A stretch of 64,000 nucleotides of DNA, from contig CM082577.2 in NCBI GenBank assembly GCA_040954595.2, forward strand, positions 11,813,654 through 11,877,653. The letters are read 5' to 3'. Source of the DNA: Balanoglossus misakiensis. Taxonomy: Eukaryota > Animalia > Hemichordata. How positions within the stretch are numbered: the first letter of the stretch is position 1; each line of letters opens with the position of its first letter. Both the position numbers and the translations under genes were made by a program. Positions 50,151-62,520 of the stretch are shown here, in pieces. The notes beneath the pieces were generated by a model, which saw only the letters and a program-made list of their open reading frames with translations, was not told the origin of the DNA and ran no database searches.

Positions 50151-52366
50151 TGGCCAAATACAAATCAATACAATCAATCAATCAAAAGAAGCAATACCAA
50201 TCAATGAAAATAATTCAGTTTACACATGGCAATTGAAACTGGATGAAGCAATATTGACCACATCTTTCTCAGTTAGTCTTTTCTGACCTTTCGATATCAC
50301 TGGTCCACTTGTATTGTTAACTGCTTCTGTATCATTTTTGCGTTTTGACTTCTTACTGCAAGTGGTGACTTTGTTTTTGTTTACCTATCTTCCAAAGCAG
50401 TAGTAGACTTTCTTTTACAGGAAATGTGCTCTCCTTTACTCTCATTTTCTTTTGAAAGTTCATCCATGAACATCCGGAACTTTCTCGCTGCGCCTCTCTT
50501 CCCACTTTTTCCGGCTTCCTCCAAATCGTTCTTACCTTCTGTCAGTAACATTTCCACTCGCTCTGATTTTGGAGTACCGTTTACGGTACATGTCAAATTT
50601 TTTTTATATCTTGCAAGTTTTTCTGTGCAAGACTGGAATGAAAACATGTCACGGTACATGTAAGTAAAAGAGAAATAAAAGAGGGTAATCCCCATCAATA
50701 TAACTACAAATGTGTTTCGGTCACAATGGATTTTAGAATTTCAATAGCTCATGCACCACTTAGGGGCTTGGGGGCCGGTGGTTCCGCGTTGGGTTGACGT
50801 GCGACATGTTTTGAACAATCCACGGTATAGGGAACATGACATCCGCCTCTCTCTGTATTTGGAAAATCCATCCCCAGTTTCCCTTGGATTTCGCCACGGA
50901 GTATTGGTCTAAGAGTGCCTCTTGGGCTTCTCTTCTCGGTGCCATCATAATTCCGTGGATTACATCCCGAGGACCAAGTGGCTCTTTTCATGTCATCTAT
51001 GGTCAACTTAATTGGGCATTGGTCTGGGCATGTTCTCGCACGGTCACCAATATGCCTGTAGTTACCACTCTCATGGTCGCTAACCATTATCCCTCTCTCC
51101 CACTGAGATGGACGAAAAACATGACGAGGGGTCTGTCTCCTGAACGAAACCTGTGAAGGCAACAATTGATTATTGCCTGACTCTTACTTCCACTACCCTT
51201 ACAGCTGTGTGAGCGGGTAGTCACCTCTGCCAATGAAACATTCACAGGAAAGACAGGTGCTGTAACCTCACATGTAGGGATATCCGATTTCAACCTCTCA
51301 TGATTAAGTCTGTCAATAAGTCTGACCTGAGCATTTTGGTAGCCTGTCACACTTTCAACTGCCAATTCTGTACTGAGTGTTTGGTTAGTTTTCAACCTAT
51401 TGAATTGATGCAATCCATATGATAAGTAGATGAGATGCATTTGTGCTTTGGTGAATTTAGACAATAGGATCCATGACAGTACAAAGCAATACAATCAATG
51501 AAAATAATTCAGTGTACACATGGCAATTGAAACTGGTTGAAGACAGAGACCTTAACATTAACATCAAAGTTTATGGTGTTTGTCAACAATGTAACTTCCT
51601 GTTCTTCATCTTGCCCCAGACATCCGCAGCCTTGGACACATCAAACTTCATTATGTCTTCTCCTTCCACACTAATGAAGAGCAACTGCCTCAGTGTCCTT
51701 TCAGCAAGTCTGTTTGCGAGAGATGTTTTAATCCTGCCAATTATATACAGTGTGTATACTTGTAACCAGCTTCCGTGCCTCCACACTAATGCCTTTACCA
51801 ATCTCTTTAGGGCAGCAGGGACAGTGCCTCCATTTCTCTTTCTTCTGACCGGCGTATTACTGTGGATCTTCCTTGGGGCCTTCAGTCCGCTCAACCATAT
51901 CCTGTCCCCCTGCTTCAGAGAGACAGGGGAGATCCCTGGTTCCGCCGAGCTGGGCTGCGGCTCTGAAGAGCTGGGAGGACCCCACCAACCGGATGCGACT
52001 TCTTGGGTCTCGTTGTCCTTGCCACTCTCTATGGTGCGCCGTATGGGTAGATCGGGTTGTGTTAGCAGGCGGATGTCCCTGCACATTCCTTGCTCGGCAT
52101 ACTCAACCGGCATCGCCATCGCCTTTTGGGGGCGTGGGGGTTGGGGGTTCGTGTGTGGCATGTTTTCGACAATCCAGGGTATCGGGAACATGACGTCCGC
52201 TTCTCTTTGTATGTTGAAGATCCACCCCCCAGTTTCCCTTGGATTTCGCCAGGGAGTATTGGTCCAAGATTGCCTCTTTGGCTTCTCCCCTCGGCACCAT
52301 CATGACGCCATGTATTACCTCTCGGGGGTCGAGGTGACGGCATGCCCGAGTGGCTCTTCTCACGTC

Positions 52367-53497
52367 ATGGTAATAATGAAGCGCTTATGTGTCTTCCAAG
52401 GGTGGGAAGTGCCAAACCGATTCAAACTCAGCACCCCCAACACGCCGGCAATTCTAATTCATTGGCAGGTCCTCAGCATACTGCTGAGGTGGGTACCCCA
52501 ATCACGGAGGGACGAGTTCCGAGAAATCCAACCCCGCATGAGATCGTCATCGCACCAGAGGGAGGAGAGTCGGGGCTATCTGAGAGAACGACAGGAACGG
52601 CAACCAGAGAGGATGGGGGCAGAGGAAGTCGCCCGGGCTCCATCGACGCAGGAGAGGAGCGAGGACACGCCAGGGGGTTTTGATGCATTTTTTAACCCCC
52701 AAGCGTGCGCGGAGGAGTGCCGAGTGGAAGACGCGCCCACCACCATAGATGACCTCACTGACTACGATGTTGGTGTCCTTCCAGACTATCGGATCCGACT
52801 CCTCGGAGGCCTACAGGTATTCTCCGAGCCAGATCGATACCCGGACCCGCTGCCGGGGGAAAAAGATTTTCCAATAGCCCTTGGAGTTAACCCACGAGTG
52901 GCACCATACATGACCAAGGACCAACGCCAGACCGTCGGCGAACTCTTACAACACCCGGACGTGGCCGCGCTGGGAGACATCGGCCTGGAGCGAACGGAAG
53001 ATCCCTCGACCTGGGAAGCCCAGGACAAAGTATTCACAGAATTGCTCTGCATGAACCGGGGGAGGAAGCCGGTGGTAGTCACCGTCAGAGGGATCACCGC
53101 AGATAGATACGACAGGGAGACGGCAGCCTGGACTCTTCTCACCATGACGCGCCACTGTGATGAACGCCAACAGATCCATCTCCGGGATTTCAGAGGGTGC
53201 GTAGAAACCATGGGGGACTGGCGGCGGTATTTTCGGGACACCTATTTTGGATTTTCGGCAGCCGTCCGCCAGTTCGACGAACGGCAGGTGGAGGCAATGC
53301 AGGCCATCCCGGAGGACAGAATCCTGGTGGAGACGGAATCACCCGGCGGACGTGTGTGGGAAACACTGAGAATGAACACCCCAGCCTTCCTGGGAGACGT
53401 GGCGCTGGAGGTGGCAAGGCTGCGTTGGAACGTCCACCCGACAGCTGCTGGCGCAGACGTCCGAGAACGCCCGCTGTCTGTACAGGCCCTAGACTGA
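52367..53497 (+). CDS. TatD-fold protein copy D: uninterrupted ~376-aa frame with non-canonical active-site residues
   Basis: ATG at 52367 is in frame with ORF 51473..53497; GVNP, ALGDIGLE, PVVVTVR, IHLRDF, YFGFS, IPEDRILVETESP. Confidence 0.8.
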   Translation: MVIMKRLCVFQGWEVPNRFKLSTPNTPAILIHWQVLSILLRWVPQSRRDEFREIQPRMRSSSHQREESRGYLRERQERQPERMGAEEVARAPSTQERSEDTPGGFDAFFNPQACAEECRVEDAPTTIDDLTDYDVGVLPDYRIRLLGGLQVFSEPDRYPDPLPGEKDFPIALGVNPRVAPYMTKDQRQTVGELLQHPDVAALGDIGLERTEDPSTWEAQDKVFTELLCMNRGRKPVVVTVRGITADRYDRETAAWTLLTMTRHCDERQQIHLRDFRGCVETMGDWRRYFRDTYFGFSAAVRQFDERQVEAMQAIPEDRILVETESPGGRVWETLRMNTPAFLGDVALEVARLRWNVHPTAAGADVRERPLSVQALD

Positions 53498-54087
53498 ATG
53501 AGCAGTGAGATTGCAAGCTGCCAGGAAATGTTAAAGTCCGTCATCGCTGACAGTTTTGTCTCACATTTCTCTAGTAGTATTACGATAGTTGTTAAGTTAG
53601 TGGTTAAGGCATGCATCGGTCGCTTAGTGTAGGTATTATACATGCGGTCGGTGCACTCACAAGTAGTACGGTATTTTCCCGGCCCCTGTAGGGCGAGTCA
53701 TGGATCATGACTGGGAAAAACAGGTAAAAGTTAAGAGTACGATGTTGCTGACGAAATAAAAAGTGGAGACAGTCCACAAAGGCCCACCAGCTAAACCAAT
53801 ATCTCGATTTTAAAATACTGCATTTCACATGCCGGGGTAGTTATTGAAGGGGGGGGGGGGGGGGGTACTTGAAAAAAAAATATGTCTGCTGCTAAAATAC
53901 AGTCAGCAATGTCTTCATGAACAGACATTCAGTACTCGTCTGCGCGTGTATAATACCTACACTAAACGACCGATGCTTGCCTTAACCACTAACTTAACAA
54001 CTATTGTAATACTAGAGAAATGTGAGACAAAACTGTCAGCGATGACAGATTTTACATTCCCTGGCGGTTTACAACCTCGCTGCTCGT

Positions 54088-54470
54088 TCAGTCTATGGCC
54101 TGTACAGACGGCGGGCGTTCTCTGCTGTCTGTGCCAGCAGCTGTCGGGTGGACGTTTCTCTGAGCCTCGCCACTTCCAACGCCACGTCTCCCAGGAAGGC
54201 TGGGGTATTTATGTGTTGCGTTTCCCACACGCGCTCGCCCGGGCGATTCGGTCTCGACCAGGACTTTATCTTCAGGGATGGCCTGCAATGCCTCCACCTG
54301 CCGTTCGTCGAATTGCCGGACGGCCGCCGAGAATCCGAAGTAGGTATCCGGAAAATACCGCCGCCAGTCCCCCATGGTCTCTACGCACCCTCTGAAATCC
54401 CGGAGATGGATCTGTTGGTGTTCGTTACAGTGGCGCGTCGGATGGACGTTTCTCTGAGCCTCGCCACTTC
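54088..54470 (-). pseudogene. TatD-fold protein copy E (3' part only)
   Basis: TRHCNEHQQIHLRDF..KVLVETESP. Confidence 0.8.
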
Positions 54471-55081
54471 CAACACATACATTATAACAATACAATACTT
54501 CTTTAGATCACGCTTCCAAATGGACATTTTTTCCAATCGATCTTTGGTGCACTCGCTCAAAATGTTCACGAAAACTCTTCCCACATCTTCGCCGAAAGAC
54601 CAAAATGTCAAACTCATGGTTGGTGGTTGGCAAAATAAGTTTGCAGCACAGAGGACGCTCGAAACAAAAGTTGTTCACTTTCGAATTGATGTGATAATTA
54701 TGAGTTTTGCTCACTACACTGCTGCGATGCGACATGAGTCGATAACAATGCAGGGGTGGGTGGTTAGTTGATGCGTTCGTATTTGCTTCATTTTTTTCGC
54801 CGCTAACTGGGGGAATCTTGCCATCTGGGTCGTATCAGCGACTTCATACTAAATGAGGACACGTCAACTCACCTAATATTGCCGCCGATACAGACGGAAG
54901 GTATATTTCTGTCGTAGATTGTGGACCAATTCTTCTGGAATTCGAAGAGAACGATAGTGTTTCTTGGTATCAGGAATCAGTCTGGCGTCCCTCGCCTTCA
55001 TCCGGAGATCCTGGGGCTGAGTATGGGATCCCCGGGCTGACCCCTAGGTCATTAGGTGATTCATCTGGGCGTTGGGGGGCT

Positions 55082-56340
55082 TCAAACCCCCTGATACAAC
55101 ATCTGTGGGGTAGGGTTTACTGCCGGAGGAATGCACGCAGCGTCGCTGAAAACAGGTCCCAGTAGTTGTTTCGCGAGCATTGTCGCAGCTTGTATAAGTT
55201 CCTCATCCGATATTTCATCAAGTTGCTCAAGATTAAAATTCAAATCAAAATCTGACTCTAGCCTTTCAGACATGGTGGCCGGCTGCATTTTGAGCTCTTC
55301 TTGATGTTTCAAAATTTGCACGAGCTGATGTTGTATCGGTGACTCGCCTCGTGTAGTCGTCGACTCGATCGGGAAGTAGAAGTAGTTCTCGATAGTATTC
55401 GGTAGTTGTGATTGATGCGCTAGAACAGCAAGGCTGATAGACTGGTGGCTGGCTGGAAGTTGGCTGATAGACTGGTGGCTGGAGAATATGGCTGGTTGGT
55501 TGATGGTGTTGTGACGTTTCCAATGATGGGGCCATGCTTATGTTAAATGAAGCGACTGATATGTCCATGGGGATGGGGTGACTGCAGGTGTGAATCACTG
55601 GCTGGAACTCTGGCTGCTCGGGTGTAGATGTCCTGAAAACTAAAACAAAGAAACAAATATTAACATTGACATCTTGGCAGACCCTGGAGCGATCTCTGCT
55701 TAACATTAAACTGAGTGGCCGGTTTAGCTTATTAAAAATATTATTTTTATTATTATAAACTTTATTTCGGACTCATGGTCCATATTACAATGTACATAGT
55801 ACATATGTAATCAAATCAGAGGTTTGTTGGTCAAGGGTTTATAAAATGTTCACTCACCAATTTCACTAGATGAATCGCCATAGGCCATGAAAAGTTGATT
55901 CATGGCATCCGGAATATCATGTACATCTACCGTTACCAGTTGCTCGAGGGGCTCATCAGAACTCATCAGAATATTTGTGTCACCTAATAAAAAAAAAAAT
56001 ACAAAAAATGTGTTATACTATGTTTGACAAATGTGTGTTGAACAAACTGCATAACAAATACTATTTCAATTATCATAATAATTTCATAAATTATGTATTA
56101 CACTCACCAGTTTTTTCAGATACATTGTAAAATGCATAGCACGCCCTGATGGTTTTCTTCATTATTTCAGTCCATCCACAGCCACCTGCAGTCCCCGGTT
56201 TGCTCAGATTGACGTAGGGTACATCAGCCGGCCACCAGTCTGGTTTCTTGTCATCCTTCCCCCAAAGTGGATGACCGCGCTTCTCCGTGTTGAGAACTAA
56301 CTTGGGAATCAGGTTGCGTAAACGCTTATCATTCAGCTTT
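55082..56340 (-). pseudogene. Spliced NRF1/EWG-like gene fragment: DNA-binding exon followed by Q/P/S-rich and acidic exons
   Basis: ~56107-56340 reads KLNDKRLRNLIPKLVLNTEKRGHPLWGKDDKKPDWWPADVPYVNL..WTEIMKKTIRACY. GT-AG bounded exons follow at ~55858-55983 and below 55632. Confidence 0.7.
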
Positions 56341-58261
56341 GAAACAGATCCTAGGAGATAGTATTTATGCTTGTTCTAGGGAGCCTATTTTTTGCTCAGT
56401 TTATGAAGTCAATTCTGCTGCCACATTTTTGAAAACTGTAAAAGTTTCAACATTCTTCCATTACGTCCAGAGATATGACCAAAGAGTTGACACAAACAAG
56501 CTTGTGATTGTGTTCATTCCCTGAATGTTTGAAAAAAAAGGCAGCCGAATTGACCCCTCACAATCCTGCTTAGTTTACCTCGAATCAGACGTCCCTATTT
56601 ATGTGTGTGATGCATTGTAATCGTACAGTCTGATTCGAGACGGTGTACGTGTTTACCATATTACACTTGTCTGCACATTACTTGGAAACTTTCACCACAA
56701 AAGAAACAGCATGTAGGTAGATGGTTTGTAATATTGCCGGCCTGAGGTAGATAAGTTTTTCACCGATTCAGATTTAGATATGCACAGTTGACAATAGTAT
56801 GCAAATCCTCATCTTGGCCCCCTACTCCGATGGAAATGTAAACTTTAAACATGCAGACAGTAAATAAGGAAACAAGTACATCAGCAGAAATAAACTGAGC
56901 TTACCTTGGTGTATGTAGATCAAAGTACACAGCCATGATGTAAACTGTAATGTCACTTTATTCAAAATTATCAATTCGTATCTGTGAAGAAAATCAGTAA
57001 AATATTGCTATTAATTGTAAACTCCCATAAATGTAGATAAATAGAAACATTGTATTAACCCTATTAATAAAGCGACAAAACCAGATAATTAATTGAAAAC
57101 TGAATAATATCATAGAAAGTAGAAAGCAGACATTTAGTGGTTAAACAATTTAAGGCAATTCTAACGTTAACGAAGCCTATTCTTCTCCAAGAAATGCCCT
57201 TCTTCTTCTTTCGTCCCTCTCCATCCAATATTCCCATTTCCCTTCCCTCCTATCTTCTAAGCATCGCTTGTAATATGCATGGTAACTATAGTATAGCTGA
57301 TTTTCAATGGGTGACCGTATACCTTTAACATGAATTCAACTCCATAAAAGTGAAGAAGCATGAGTGTCCTATCGGCAAATGCAAAAAAAAAAAAAAAAAA
57401 ATACTTGTGTTTATTAGAAAAAATATTTTAATCCAACCACCAGCAAATTCAAATTTTATGTTTTTTAGTTTGAAATAGAATGGTTTCTATGGTTGAAATA
57501 AAGGGTTTCTATGGTATATCCCTGTTGAGTATTTGACAAATGTATTTAATATTGCATGTATTAATTATGGTGATTTAGATGAAAATATTGACAAAATCAA
57601 ATGTGGTACTAACCATCATTAAAGTCTTATTAAGCATGCCTTCCAGATTTACATCCCTAATTTGGAAGTACGGTCTCCACAGCAGTTTGTTAAGTTCCTT
57701 TATTGGAATCCCTCTCGTGCTTTGACTTCTTAGGAGCTGTATAGATAAAAAAGACGAATGAACCATGTATGACTCGAACATAAAGTATGCAATTATGAAC
57801 AAAGGCATACTATGCAGGTCTCGGCTCCAGACGACCGCCGCTCCATACAAATCGACAACTTTACCGTATTTTTGGTAGATTAGGGAAAATGTCTACAGAC
57901 ATATCTGAAAGTTGAAAATTTAAATACAGAATACATCTCGATTTTAGAAATATGGTATTATGCAAGGAGTATTTTTAAATTTCAAATTCCAGTTTGTGAT
58001 GGGAAACGAAGGGTTAAAATTGGATTGAAGAAAAAAAGTATCTACTACATACTCTCTGTCGTATCTTGAGGCGTGGGTTCTTCCTCTTCTCGGAAATCAC
58101 CTGTATGGGGAGTTTAAGTACAAATTGTTAAAATCCAGAAAGAAACGAGCACTTAATTAATCCAAACTTGCAAACCATTTATTCTGCATTTATTTAAAAG
58201 CGTATCTGTTAAAAGCAAAAGTGACATAGTAAAACGGATATCAACTTACCTGTCAAAAGCA

Positions 58262-58816
58262 TCATTTTATAGAAAGAACAGCATGATGCCGCTGCACTTC
58301 CCTTCTAAGCATCTTGGTCCACTGGCCACGGGGTCCTTGTTTAAGTTCTGCGGGCGTCTCCGACGGGTCGCTGAACGGCACATCACTCGGCCGCCACTCC
58401 GGAGCGTTGTCCTGCTGGCCCCAGAGGGGGCGTGAACGGTCAACGGTCTTCCGGATGATGTCCGGCACTAGCTTGCGTAGCCCTTCATAAGCCATTACGC
58501 TTAGGGTACAACCCCATAGCGATAGCGCGACACAGTCTGGAAGGCGTTTGGGGTTGTCACTGTCACTGGATGGTGTTGAGGCTGTTGCTGTGGACACCGG
58601 CGTCGTGTTGCTGTTGGCGATGATGGTTGGCATGGATGCAGTGATCGATGATTGCAGACCTTCGCTGCCGTGAACGATGAACTTTCGCTCACCGGTCAAA
58701 CGATCTACAAAAGTTGTCACTGTGGCGACCTCGAGAGACGTCTTCTTCGAGAACATGTCGACCTGGCTCGACAAAATTCTCCAGCTACTGGTCTGCTTCT
58801 TGTTTAAACTCTCCAT
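58262..58816 (-). CDS. NRF1/EWG/P3A2-like DNA-binding domain protein, divergent
   Basis: LRKLVPDIIRKTVDRSRPLWGQQDNAPEWRPSDVPFSD..QWTKMLR aligns by eye with NRF1 LRAFIPEMLKYSTGRGKPGWGKESCKPIWWPEDIPWAN..SWTQALR (recalled sequence). Confidence 0.75.
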   Translation of the reverse strand: MESLNKKQTSSWRILSSQVDMFSKKTSLEVATVTTFVDRLTGERKFIVHGSEGLQSSITASMPTIIANSNTTPVSTATASTPSSDSDNPKRLPDCVALSLWGCTLSVMAYEGLRKLVPDIIRKTVDRSRPLWGQQDNAPEWRPSDVPFSDPSETPAELKQGPRGQWTKMLRREVQRHHAVLSIK

Positions 58817-60099
58817 TGTGATGCGTGTATTACTCAGAATTACGATGTAATGACATGAACTAGAAAGTTTCCCATATTTATATAGATTGCAACAATGAAA
58901 GGTGACAAACATGATCTTGACCGCACTTTCGCGATTGCCGACAATGCCGCATACACATTCACACTTTCATAATGACCTTTTTGGTAACATTATCATAGAG
59001 TGTGATTGACAGGATCGGCCCCTTTGACTCTATTAGGAGGTGGATATATCAGATGCACCGACCGTTTATTCCAAGTGCCGCTAACCGATTAATAATAATT
59101 ATAAACGTGTGAATGGGAGTGGTCGGTACCTTTGGATCATGCTTAGCGAAAGGCGTCGGCAGTATAGTGGGGCAGTTAACCAAAAAATCGTGCACTTTGG
59201 GTTAAAAGCATGAAACTTGGTATACTTATGCATTGACCCATGGCGGACATTTTCCAATATGGATCCCAAAATACACCGCCCTCTAGTGGCCAGAAACTGA
59301 CATTTACACTTTTTCCCCCATTGATGGAACGTTTTGGTCAAGTTTAACACTCAAACACAGGAAAGTTGGTTGTAAAACATGATTGCTACCATACATGCCT
59401 CTGTATATTATCCTAATTTTGGAACTCTTATATTGCCCTGTTCAATAATGGCAAACTTTGTGTGCATAGTATCGCCAAAATTACAATTAAATATCAAAAT
59501 TTGTAAACAGATGTTTTGGTTGTCATGAACATAGAATGCTATGAGGTTATCACTTGATGTCATATGTTCGTTGTTAGCGATCTGTGCTGTACAGAAGCTA
59601 TTTTCACTTATGATGCTGCTCTCATGAAAGTACTGCCGCAGAATACACTGCCTATGGTACATATCAGATCATAGTACATTATCATTGTCCAAACTTTAGA
59701 TGAAACTGGTTCAAACACTAACAGTACTAAAAATTATAGGCAATTAATCCACCTATCTGATAAGCTTTGTGTAGATCTCCATTATGTACTGACAGATGAT
59801 CTGTATGCTCTACCACTAGCACTAGTGCTGCATTTAGAATTAATGCATATCGTAATGTCTCTGTCAGACATTATGAGTGTGTTCCGGGCATATTCTAGAA
59901 CAAAAGATGAAGACATTTTAAGTGATTTGTCCTGTAGCGTTGAAATGAAGTTTTGTTGAGTGAATGGAATTCTGGACTTTGCAACAAGTTCTTTCCTGAG
60001 TTCAATCCACTTCTTCTTCTCTAGAAATATTCTCATTATTCCTGCATTCGCTCTACCAGGATCCATAACTTTTCTGTCAGAATTCGCGGTATTTAAATT

Positions 60100-60388
60100 C
60101 AGTAGGAGACGTGAATAATTAACTAAAAATAGTCAGCAGCGCGTCCCTGGAGATTTCAATCACTGATAGGGGCAAAAGTTCAAATGGTCACATGATATTT
60201 TCTTGGCAGGAAATGAGAGCCTAACATATGTTTAATACGTCATTAGAAAAAAGATAACACGTATTTCACAAGAAACCGTTACGTATCCCACACTTTTTGA
60301 ATCGCCCGATGTTCTGGAATCTTCGGACGCTTTGGCAGCATGCACCCATGTAGGACGTCTGAGGGCGCTCTGGGCTGCACAGGGTTAA
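60100..60388 (-). mobile_element. piggyBac-type terminus (TTAA|CCCTGTGCAGCCC on the minus strand)
   Basis: CACAGGG|TTAA at ~60378-60388; inner boundary unknown. Confidence 0.5.
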
Positions 60389-60769
60389 CTACTAACTTAA
60401 CTACTAACTAGCACTAAGGAAATGTGAGACTGAAAGCAGATATCAAAAACTCTCAATAAACGGTTATCTATTGCAAGGATATAACTTATGTGTATGTTAG
60501 ATTCGGTTTCAGTTCAGTCTGATCAGCTCTCAGCCCGCGAGACGGCATGGTTTCCAGTTCCGCCCCACGCTTCAGCCGGCCTCATCGATTGGTGCCGCCC
60601 CTGTCAGTCAGGTCCCAATGCTCCGCCCTCCTAGGTTCTGGCTGGCCGTCGCCCTGGGCAACCAACTTCGGCTGTCAGTCATCTGGGGACCAGAATGTAG
60701 TTCCACTGCGAATAAAAAAGTTCCCACTTCCCATCAGACGAGCCCTGAATTTAAAATATGACACCAATG

Positions 60770-61200
60770 TGCACGTAAAGTACATTTTGTGAGAGGTTTT
60801 TCAACTTTTTGATTTCGGCATACTGTCAAGTGTGTTTTGACACGTTGTACGTGATCCTTGAATTCAGCGACTTGCTTTTTGAACGTGTCAATAAAGTCCC
60901 ACACTGTCTGAGTCGATTATTCACATGACGCTCTTACTTTTGTCTTTATCGTTAACTACAACCCTTTTCCATTGACTGGCTTTTTGTGGGAGTTTCTCTG
61001 CAAATCTGTCGATGTCATGTTTTCAATTTCTTGTAGAAACGATACAGGGTTGACTGGTACAGTGACTTCCCGCCGACGAGTTTTCATTTGCAAAGGCATG
61101 TTTTGATGTTTTGTACACAGACAGGTATGACGGGTATATTCTTTTATTCATGCAATGGGACATCAGTTGCAGCCCAATATTGTTTTGGGTGATACGTATA
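60770..61200 (-). mobile_element. Sola2-like transposase fragment
   Basis: Hand translation: RHTCLCTKHQNMPLQMK ... DFIDTFKKQVAEFKDHVQRVKT. Confidence 0.45.
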
Positions 61201-61257
61201 ATTGCAAGCCTGGGAATCAAGCGACGGACTGTGGAACATAAATGTAACTTCTATGGA

Positions 61258-61521
61258 TTAGCTGTCAAACCTCAGGCTTTGTTCGCTTATGATGGCATTT
61301 AGAGGAGATATGATGATAATCGTCACTGCCCTGTTCTCTCCAATGTAGGGAAGGGACTCAAATATAAGTGTTTTCCCGTAGACTTTTGGCAGGACACCAA
61401 TGCAATCACCATTCAACGATGCCTTCAGACAGTCTAGTAGTTGCTTTGGCTTGTATCCATAGTATGGTACAGATTGTTTCTTATTAAGGTTTGCCAAAAG
61501 CATATTTAGTTTTGCATACAA
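61258..61521 (-). pseudogene. RecQ-like helicase N-terminus (Q motif, Walker A, motif Ia), AcademH-like
   Basis: KPKQLLDCL..DCIGVLPKVYGKTLIFESLP..IIISPLNAIISEQ. Confidence 0.7.
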
Positions 61522-61649
61522 ACTTCAACTTTGAAGTTAGCGCCATGTTTTTTACTTTTTGCCTCCAGCCGTTTCTGTGTTGGGAATACCTTTCTGCCAA
61601 TCACACTGCTCGTATTTATTAACCTCCCAGCAGAATAACAAACCACACA

Positions 61650-62520
61650 ATTGCGCCACATGTCAGTGTATTCCAAGCGATGGTCAGGTAGTTGCCTAAA
61701 ACAGTATGTTATTTTCGTGTTGCCTTACGGTAACATCGACAGCATTGACCTCGCTTGGATTTTGACTATCCACCCCCAAACCCTGTAGCTGTCGTACCAG
61801 CAACATCGCTTTGGTCTTTGTAATTGTGGATTGTCAGGGTATTTACTCCGCAAATATTGGAAAAGAACATAGGAATCACCATATCAATGAAATGATAAAA
61901 TAAAGTTTTCCACCTCTTTTAGTCGATCTTAAAACATTATACTTCGAAATTACTTGATCAGAATAGCCTTCGGTTGTCGAACAAATACACGCCAAAACCT
62001 CCCATTATCTTTCCGGCGTCTTCTGACAAATCTGTGATCATCTCCACGATGGATTGTGGACATGACACACACTGGTCTATTGTCTTTCCATTGCTTTGTT
62101 AAGACTTGCCCATCCCTAAAATATCGCATCCCACCCTGTTGTGTACTCCTCTCCCACTGTGGATCTTTGAACAAAAAAGGAAACCCCCGCCTCGTCTTCA
62201 AAACAGTCCCACAAGATAGTGTCCCATGATCATAAGTGCATTTAGCAAATTAGGTGGTGTATAGTAATTATCAAAATAAACCTGGTATCCCTGCGCATTA
62301 ATTCTTTCACCTAATCTCATAATAACATCATAACCCAACTCATTCTCAGCTGTCATCAATAGGACATCAGCGCGATGAATAAAGAAAAACTTACCTTGCA
62401 CCACAACGATTGACGGTTTATCGGTTCATCTCTGCCGGATTCTTCTGACGAGTCAGTTGAAAACTCATCGAAAACATCATCGGAGTCACTGCTACTTGAA
62501 CTTTCACGGTCACTCATCAT
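61650..62520 (-). mobile_element. Internally deleted piggyBac transposase
   Basis: Acidic N-terminus; LGYDVIMRL..GYQVYFDNYYT; KQWKDNRPVCVMSTIH..VRQP.AI. Confidence 0.85.

Larger units (their letters stand above)
46335..54440. repeat. Direct duplication (~46335-49375 and ~51465-54437); each copy contains a TatD inverted repeat
   Basis: Same order in both: hAT end, ORF X, TatD(+), shared flank, TatD(-). Confidence 0.9.

Noticed and set aside
51473-53497. 674-aa ORF as a single protein
   Set aside because: The first ~298 codons are the antisense of the hAT fragment and ORF X, and the duplicate at 46.3-47.4 kb is not continuous with its TatD frame. Only 52367-53497 is credible.
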